Assembly: GCA_002633005.1 (NCBI GenBank)
Contig: NMRA01000145.1
Location: 811,200 to 849,632, forward strand
From: Phoronis australis
Lineage: Eukaryota > Animalia > Phoronida
DNA: 38,433 nucleotides
Direction of reading: 5' to 3'
Of the stretch, positions 30,601 through 38,433 are shown piece after piece (positions within the stretch are counted from its first letter, which is position 1; every line of letters starts with the position of its first letter). The notes below the pieces were generated by a model. That model did not search any database. It was not told where the DNA came from and was given only the letters and a program-made list of their open reading frames with translations. The position numbers were made by a program, and so were the translations under genes.

Positions 30601-33600
30601 CGAAACTGCCCTTTAATTGTTGATGATAGCATTGGCCCCTGGCGATAACTTCGATGATACTGGAGTTGACTGTTCATGTTGCACCACTTATCTGTTAAAA
30701 TCCACCTGTTTACTGCGAAGCTCAATGGCGTTGTTAACTTCAATGCAGGACCAAAGTTAACGGTTCCTACGAATGCGTCGACTTCAGTACGAAAGGGCCT
30801 CATGACAGTTCTCAAAATCCAGGATCACTCTGAAATTGCTCGACTGATAAAACATGAGTAAGATGGCTCAAAATTTGTGTAAAAATGAGTATGGTTGGTG
30901 AGGGTCTCAAATAGATGTTGAAGTTGGATGAAGTTTCCATCATGGAATGATGAATGAGCAGGTCAAGACCATGTGCTCATGAATTTCTTAACTACTAGCT
31001 GTTGAATGATAACAAAGTTCAACTAGGCCTGATCATTGAGGTACCGAATCCCCTTAGAACAGTAATCAATTTTTATGCGCTCACATGTTTATATGTGGAC
31101 GCATTATGCCGTCATCTCCCTCCGGCATCCGTCCAGCGTCCGCTGCTCTATCTCCAAATCGCTTTGACATACGTTCATGAAATTTAGCACATATGTTCCA
31201 TTCATGGATGGGACGGCGTGAGCGAACTTTCGGACGGATCCGACTACCAGTGTGCCCCCTAGTGGCAATTTTATTTGTTTACGCGTACCTTTGTATCTTA
31301 AAATGTCCTTAACGGATTTTCATGAAATTTGGTATGTAGGACCTATTAGTGAGATGAAGCTATCCTCCCGTTTTCGGATGGATTCGATGTAGTTTGTGCC
31401 ACCTAGTGGCCATTTTTACTGTTTTCGAGTCATTTTTTTTAGTCCACCCCTCTATCGACCAAACCTCTGAAAGGATGATTGTGAAAATTGGCATGTATGT
31501 GCTTAGTATGAAGAGGACGGTTGACGATGATTTTCCGACGATTTCGACTACTGTGGCACCTCCTAGTGGCAGTTTTTTTTTTTTGCGCCTATGGCTGTAT
31601 CTCCTAAACCATTCGCAGGATCTTTACGAAATTTAGTAAGTATATTTATATGATGTTAGCAGCCGCCGACGACGACTTTCAAACGGATCCGACTACCGGT
31701 GTATCCCCTAGTGGCAATTTTATTTTTTTACGGTTACCTCTGTATCTTCAAAGGTCCTCATCAGATTTTCATAAAATTTTAAATATAGGCATCTATTGGT
31801 TTGATGACTCTATCTTCCTGTTTTTGGATGGCATCGAGGTACTTTGTACCGCCTAGTGGCCATTTTTGCTGTTTTCAAATCTCGTTTTTGGCTTCCACCC
31901 GTATATCAACCAAATCATTTGAAAATATGTATTAAATATATATGTTCTCAGTGTGAAGACGACCTTTGATGATGGTGACTGACTACTGTGACACCTCCTT
32001 TTGGTAGTTTTGTTTTGCGCCTATAGCTGTATCTCCTAAACCCACTTCAGGATCTTTACTAAATTTGGTAAGTGTATTTATATGAAGATAACAACAGACG
32101 ACGACGACTTTCAGGCAGATCCAATGGACACTGTGCCCACTAGTGGCAATTTAATTTTATTCTGTTTTCCTGAAGTTCCTTTACAGATTTTTATGAAATA
32201 TGGCATGTTCTTGTTTTTGGATGGATTGTATGTTTTTGCGCCATCTAGTGGCCAATTTTATGATACAAATAAACAACCCTAAAAGCACACCATTTGCAAT
32301 GCATTCTTGGGTGCATTTCAATGCTCCGCGTTGCTCTTGTGAAGGCATATTGAGCTCTAATTTGGTGCCTGCAATAGCAATGAAATGGTGCTCGCTTCAG
32401 ATTCAACAAATATTAACCAGGCACCGCCCGCTGTTGGCAGGCACAGGCCCTGCCGATTACTCCGGTGGCATCAATGTTAAGTGTTCCCATTGTAGCTAAG
32501 TGTCCACACTTCACTGTTGAATCGACCTCTTTAATAAGTACATCAGGGTTAACTCACAATGTTAACTTTGATTCTAGACCAAAGTTAAGTGTTCTCATTG
32601 ACAACTAAACTTCGTTAACATCGAAGTTTCGAAGCCTCTTTGAAAGGCCTTAATCTATAATTCAGTGTAACATTCTTAACAACCTAATCAGTACTCAATA
32701 TCACATATCTCATAGTAGAAGTCCAGGGTTTAATTTCATGAGAACATATCCTTGAATAGCTGTGTAAATTGCTAAGGTTATTAGGTTTTAGTCTTAAGCA
32801 ACAGTTTTACATGCGAATAGACTTATGTGCATTGAGTGGTGTCACTGACATGGTATTGTTTTCATTTCTGGGGTCTGATCATATCTCACTAATTTAGGAC
32901 GCCACAGTGTCATATGCTTGACAAATACTAAAATATTTTTTCCCTCAAAGATAAGTGGTGTCAAATATGTGCTTGGTTTGTTGTTTTTAAATTTGCTGCC
33001 ACCAGAATGTGTTTTGAGAAATAGTCTTTCTTCACCAAAATGTTAGAAGGTTTTGAAAGGTGAAAAAGGTCAATTGTGGCAGTCAGTTTTGTCTGAAATT
33101 GGTGAGATAAATGTTAATGACCTCTACAGTCGGACACATGGGTGTGGTCAGGGTTGTCATTCTGTGGCATTGGGTAGCTGCATCAACTAGCCTATAAACT
33201 CCATGTCTTGTAAACAATGTAATCTTAATATGTATTGAATGCATCATCCCGCATTACACTGCGACACACGAATCTCGCTGTATGTATGGGTACAATGTCG
33301 TAATATCCATCTGATCCAACATTTTTGCATCCTTTTGCGCCGTTGGTGAAATGCTCTATGTCCTTCCAATGCCATCTAAGTATTGCTGCTGTACTGTGGA
33401 CTGCAATTCCGATGGGATAAATTTGGATAAAGCTGACAAATATCTGTGGATGTGTGATGTGTTCGTCACCTTCCCGACATCAATCATAAACAAGAAAATG
33501 TAGAATGAGTGGATAAAACAAGTTCGTTGGATTAACTTTGAACCGAACTGAATCTTCTTTCTTAAAGATACCTTTCAACGGCAGTACTTTTAAATGGTAG

Positions 33601-36600
33601 ACCAGTGAGGAGATTTCCAAATTCCACGTCCATTCACCTTGACAGTTTCCGACGTTATCTGTGAAAGTGTGCCTGATATACCAAAGCCAGGTGGACGAAA
33701 TCAATGCACTTGCTTACAGGCCTTCATGCAGCGTACGTCCTGGGCGTCCACATAGACGCCCCAGCACTAATATGGACGCCCTGGCAAGGACGCCCAATGT
33801 ATCATTTGGACACCCACTGTCAATAGGAACCTTTCAAGTTTGGACACACACATTGTAATGATTACTAGGAAGCCTCTGAAGGCTCACAGTGGGGGCTCTT
33901 TTTCAAAGCAGGAAGAAATATACAATGTATATACAAAGTATATACAATGTTGCTATGCTCATACTTGGTTGATAGCATTGAAAAAGTCTTGGTCTACACC
34001 AATTTTTTATTAAAAATGCTCACTACAGAAGGCTGTTTTGTAAACTTAGATGTAAAAACCTTGCTCTATGCATTTTTTTGTAAAAACATTTGTGTGTTTG
34101 GGGGGATTGCTGGGGATGGGGGGTTACGCGTCGGAATTATGGACGCCCTGGAATATTGGGAACCTCATTTTGGACACCCTATTTTCGAAATCCTGGATGA
34201 AGGCCTGCTCCGGGACAAAGTACATTTCTATTGTGTAAACTTGGACGGGTCCCATTCAGTTTATCCCATGGAATCCCCCATCGTAACATTCTGAATAATT
34301 TCTTCGTTTAATCTGGCTCGTTTGACATTAATCCTGATTGTTCAAAGTTCGTTGTTCCACTTCATCAGTTAGGCGCTGACGGCAAATTTGAAATTAATTT
34401 CCTGAAAAATTGCCACAATTCCCAATCCTTGATTGCAAGCCAAAATCAATGAGCAAAGAGTGCATGGATCGTTAATGTCAGATGTATGTATGCTACAGAA
34501 ATGCTAGTGGACTCAAATGGAGTATGGCTTTAGTGAGAATGCTGGCATTTTAACTAGACAGGCATGCTCTCATTTTGTCCAGCAGTTTTATGGCAGGCAT
34601 TGTTGAAGCACATTCTTTACGCTGCAGTGAAGTCATTACAATAGGCCCAATACAATAACCCTCTTTCCCCAACCCATGTGTGTTGTATAAAGCAAGTGTT
34701 GTGACTCCTTAAAGTGCTGGCCAAAACATCAGACGATTTTACATTTAACACAAACCCTCAACAAAGCACCATCAACAATAATAATCATTCACATCTATAG
34801 CACAGTACTAGGGAAATGGTGAAAACCCTTCACGTTGGAGGGGGTCCTGGATTCTAAGAACCAGTTTCTTGCCTGTGATTCATTAGAGAAAACTATACTG
34901 GTGAAAGCCCTTGTATTTCAGACAGAAGGTGAACAGGGAGTAAGAAATTTAGCATTTTTCTGTGTTTAAACGGGAATAAATGCTTGTTTTCTAGTTGCAT
35001 GTGTTACATTTTCTGTATTCTTTTTCAGATACCTTTACTCGGTTCTTAGTAAGAACCAGACAGTCACAGAGAACAACACTGGACTGCTTGTGGAGACACT
35101 GAGGTCGATCTCTGAGATTCTCATCTGGGGGGACCAGAATGATAGCTCAGTGTTTGAGTAAGGCCCCTTCTAAATTTAACCCCAGTGTCTGTTCCAGGCA
35201 ACTTACTGATATATAGTACTGAAACATATTCGGTTAATGCTTGTGTTGCTGGTTGGAAGTCGAAGTCAGTTGCTTGCTGCATATTAAAGTTTCACTAATT
35301 TTGGACAAGAAGAGATGTGTAATTATCTCTTTTTCAGTTTTCAACGTCTTGTATCATTATTGTGAATGCCTACAATGGTTTAAAGTAATTATGTTGGTAG
35401 ATATGGTATAAAACAGTTATTGTTGTACTACTTACATTTTATGGAAAATTTTCATTTGTCCGCCATGTTTTTTTTTAAATTTTGAGCTTTTGCTTGAATA
35501 TCATTCTTTGTCTTCTAAAAATGTCAGGCCCTCGTGACAATAAGTGGCTGGGGCCTTGATTACATTCAGGTGGTACCGTACATGCTGGTATTGTACTCAA
35601 TGACAAAGCGCAAAATCAAAAGTATGGAATGGAAAATAATTCGGTAACTCAGTTGATGCTTTAAAAACTGAAAGAGAGGACACACCCATTGAGGAGATTG
35701 TTCATCATAATAGTATGAGAGACTTGATGTCTGTACTGAGTTTAATAAACTCTGTGTTGTCTTTCAGCTTCTTTCTGGAGAAGAATATGCTCTCTTTCTT
35801 CCTCCGTTACCTTCGTCAGAAGTACGGCCGATATATATGTGTCCAACTGCTGCAGACTCTCAACATATTGTTTGAGAACATCAGCAGTGAGACGTCTGTC
35901 TGTGAGTATGGCTCTAGTTTTATTATGAATTATAATGCTATTGTAAGATACTGAGGAAAAGATTTGCACTATTTTGTCAAGTTATCACATAAAGAATGAC
36001 GGGACCGGAGAGAAGTTTGCTGCTAAAAATCTTTACAGAACATTCTCATGTACAATCTGAAATTCTGATGGGAATCTAGCTGCGTTTTTAATACAGTAGA
36101 TTTTTTGTTTTTTTTTTACTACATGCATACAATGTTTATCAAAAGCTCCATTAAGTGGATGAACACCTGAGCCTAGTTAAAAATGTGACATCAAATGGCG
36201 TGTAATGTGATATCATCATAGGTGAGACTATTTATGAACACTGTTCTTTGCATGGCTTTATAGTTTGTAATTCCTAGCTTCTGGACTTTCATATAGACTA
36301 TTGGAGAAATGATTAGAGGCATCTAACCAGGTCTGAAAGTGAATTCCATCTATGAATTGCCATGGGAAAACCTGAATGCTTTTGAACATTAGAATGTCAT
36401 TAAGAGGCAAACATTCATGCTTCATTATCTCAATCTTCGAAAACAAAGTTCAAAATAAGTCTCTAATTTTAGAGACTTAAATATAACATTTGATGGAGAT
36501 TATTTAAAAAGCTTTCTAAACAGGGAATGTCTATTTACAATCGTCTAAACACCAAAAATGGTTTTATTTCCTGGTTTTTCAGTCAGTGAATCAATTTTGT

Positions 36601-37601
36601 GACTTAAAAAGAGAGGACAGTAATTATTGATAGTTTGTTTTATAGAAATCCGAACTTTTTCTGTTGTATGCAGTCCAATATGTGTGTGAGTTTCGGTATT
36701 TTTGTTTTCATTTTAACGTTTGTGTTGTTTTCAAACCGTTTTTGCTAATAGCCTTTTCTTTGTTTCAGACTATCTGTTGTCCAATAACCACGTCAATGCT
36801 ATCATTGAACACAAGTTTGACTTCTCTGATGAAGAGGTAATACATGTCAATTGCAGCGTTTTGAATAACTGAAGTTATAAACCCTTGAGATTCCGTTACC
36901 TTTCTCGTTTGCTTGTCTGTTTTGAGATGATGTCTGAATAGTATGTTAACATGTGAGTTGTAAGTGATATTGAATGATAAATCTAACAACGTAATCTGTC
37001 TTTGCTGAACACGTTTGCATGCTTGCTGTGCATTTGGTCACATGGCTAGAACAAATAAGCCAGACTTTGACCCATTATAAATCATTATTCATAGGGGTGT
37101 TGGCCGCTTTTAGTCATATGAACAGCTAACTAATAATGGCTTGGTGCATTTGATGTGGGCTCGAAATAAAAATTAGTATTAATGTCAGTCCGATGTCAAA
37201 GGTCAGTTTCATTTATAGGCATGCTACTAGAAATGCTTCAGTGTCCGACTTGTAAATGAAAGGTGTTTGTATTTGGAGGACAATTGTGTATACCTGTTTC
37301 ATAAGTTGGATATTTTGCACCAAATGAAAGCTGTAACAATGTTACGTGATGCACGTTGTAATCACAGAAACTATCCCTGTTATCAGATGTCTTTGTGTTG
37401 GACTATGAAACTTGGGGACTTGCTGTGTTTTCCCGTGCGAGTTACCTTCACTGAAAACTTGTTTAAATGATCGTCCTGATGTTCTAGTTTTTTAAAAAAG
37501 TTTACTGAATATTTTTGTAGGTTATGGCGTATTACATTTCCTTCCTAAAGACATTGTCGCTGAAACTCAACAGGCACACAATACACTTCTTTTATAATGA
37601 G
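24546..37601 (+). CDS. CLEC16A: CLEC16A (GOP-1/Ema; N-terminal FPL domain) 5' part, 3'-partial: join(24546..24622,35029..35157,35768..35901,36769..36836,37521..37601,...)
   Basis: Spliced peptide MFPKQKGWFGGSLWKPKNPHSLEYLKYLYSVLSKNQTVTENNTGLLVETLRSISEILIWGDQNDSSVFDFFLEKNMLSFFLRYLRQKYGRYICVQLLQTLNILFENISSETSVYYLLSNNHVNAIIEHKFDFSDEEVMAYYISFLKTLSLKLNRHTIHFFYNE is recognisably the CLEC16A N-terminus. All introns GT-AG with matching phases. Confidence 0.96.
24799..25414. mobile_element. MITE with ~46-bp TIRs just inside CLEC16A intron 1
   Basis: GTTATTGTTTACAATCCAACGCCATTAACGTACATACTTGATATTA vs TAGTATCAACTATGTACGTTAATGGAGTCGTATTGTAAACAATAAC. ACTCCA occurs near both flanks. Confidence 0.75.
27659..28637 (+). 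mobile_element. Tc1/mariner-superfamily (pogo/Tc2-like) non-autonomous element, 979 bp
   Basis: 23-bp TIR CCGTATTCGCCC(G/T)AACAAGCACC (22/23) flanked by TA on both sides. No transposase ORF. Confidence 0.85.
29084..29552 (+). mobile_element. hAT-type MITE, copy 1 (469 bp)
   Basis: 15-bp TIR CAGGCCTTCATGCAG / CTGGATAAAGGCCTG (13/15), perfect 8-bp TSD GTCCCAAT (29076-29083, 29553-29560), subterminal GGACGCCC repeats. Confidence 0.9.
31070..32340 (+). mobile_element. Non-autonomous Helentron/HINE element, copy B (inverted relative to copy A), in CLEC16A intron 1
   Basis: End-to-end reverse-complement similarity to 5459-6704 with the same terminal hairpins and repeat order. Confidence 0.8.
33369..33551 (+). 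pseudogene. Degenerate THAP zinc-finger coding remnant of a DNA transposon
   Basis: MPSKYCCCTVDCNSD...VFVTFPTS...KM*NEWIKQVRWINFEPN*: THAP pattern C-x4-C...FP...W..VR..F.P with an in-frame stop. Confidence 0.6.
33717..34207 (+). mobile_element. hAT-type MITE, copy 2 (491 bp)
   Basis: Colinear direct-repeat copy of 29084-29552 with the same TIRs. No matching TSD seen. Confidence 0.88.
35029..35157 (+). CDS. CLEC16A: CLEC16A exon 2
   Basis: tttttcag acceptor, LLVETLRSISEILIWGDQNDSSVF, gtaagg donor. Confidence 0.96.
35768..35901 (+). CDS. CLEC16A: CLEC16A exon 3
   Basis: ctttcag acceptor, FFLEKNM...VQLLQTLNILFENI, gtgagt donor. Confidence 0.96.
36769..36836 (+). CDS. CLEC16A: CLEC16A exon 4
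   Basis: tttcag acceptor, YYLLSNNHVNAIIEHKFDFSDEE, gtaata donor. Confidence 0.95.
37521..37601 (+). CDS. CLEC16A: CLEC16A exon 5
   Basis: tttgtag acceptor, VMAYYISFLKTLSLKLN..TIHFFYNE, gtaagg donor. Confidence 0.95.
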
Positions 37602-38433
37602 GTAAGGGTTTACGATGATATGGACGTCTCGGTGTTAATTGTATTTTTCTTGGAAACAGATATGCTATAGATATTTACATGCTGTGAAGTACAGGTAGAT
37701 TTCATGAGGTTGTCAAATTATTTGGTGGACATGGTTACTGCAAGTGAATTTTAACGAAAACTGTACCAGCATGTGAAGACTTGTCACGATGCTCAATTTA
37801 TTTCTGTTTCGTCAATTTATTGTTGACTATTTAAAAGTATTTGCTCTTGGGGGAGTTCTTTTAATTTGTTAATTATGAAGCTGCTCCCATGGCAGTTGTG
37901 ACAGTTGGGTTATAAATGCATGAACTTAGTTATATGTAAGCCTATGAAAATGCTAGACCAATGCTAAAGGTTATTCAGGACCTTTCTGACAAGTGCGAGC
38001 ATTTAGCCAATTTCAGCCTGACTCGGTAAAAGTATGTATTTACCGAAAGTAGAAAGCCTTCATAGTTTGATTGTTTACTTTTATGTGATCTGTAATTAAT
38101 TGGATCACTTGGCCATGTCATGATCAAGTTTTTAGTGTTATAAATATTCAAAATGAGATCTTGAAAACGCTGTTGCATTTTTCTAAAATATCGTTTTGCG
38201 TTATCAATGGAACTTCAGAGTTTTTCATGAAAGTCATTAAGTTCTATTTTCAAAAGAACCTCATGCAAAAGTGGGACATTTTAAAAGCAACAGTGCATAA
38301 AGCATGGTATGTTAAAGTTGCATGTCAGTCCAATCACCTGTTTCTAAGGTGTGATGTTCTCAAGTTTGTGAAATTTGGACGTTTTCTTGGGGTCCTCCAT
38401 AATCTTATTCAACGTTTTTAGTTGTATTCTCAT

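Noticed and set aside
25420-35028. Nested protein-coding gene in CLEC16A intron 1 (e.g. ORFs 27041-27262, 30594-30815)
   Set aside because: No recognisable domain or consistent exon chain. The longer ORFs (29256-29585, 33947-34294, 31394-32499) are read through MITE or HINE repeats.
192-38421. Most 60-125 aa ORFs in the track as standalone genes
   Set aside because: Many use non-ATG starts, lie in introns or repeats or antisense to real exons, and show no recognisable domain. The real signal is exons joined by GT-AG introns.

Overview
Eukaryotic, AT-rich genomic DNA, most likely from an invertebrate animal, with GT-AG introns and one 76-N assembly gap. Nearly all ORFs in the supplied track are spurious or are single exons read through into introns. 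Manual splicing gives two head-to-head genes whose start codons are 395 bp apart. (i) On the minus strand, a complete 10-exon low-specificity L-threonine aldolase (THA1/GLY1/LtaE family), 24150->7357, 1218 nt = 405 aa, including a short first exon encoding a mitochondrial-presequence-like peptide; a 381-aa form is possible from a second ATG at 18506. (ii) On the plus strand, the first five coding exons of CLEC16A (GOP-1/Ema family), starting at 24546 and running off the window. The remainder is transposon-derived: two inverted ~1.25 kb Helentron/HINE-like elements each carrying 8 CTCF-consensus-like motifs, hAT, Tc1/mariner-like and PIF/ISL2EU-like non-autonomous elements (two with THAP-domain remnants), a ~100 bp hairpin MITE family, tRNA-derived SINE heads and LINE 3' fragments. 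No prokaryotic-type system is present. The best leads are the convergent TE-borne CTCF-like arrays bracketing the gene pair and the uORF/weak-Kozak/tandem-donor layout of THA1 exon 1. Both are hypotheses.
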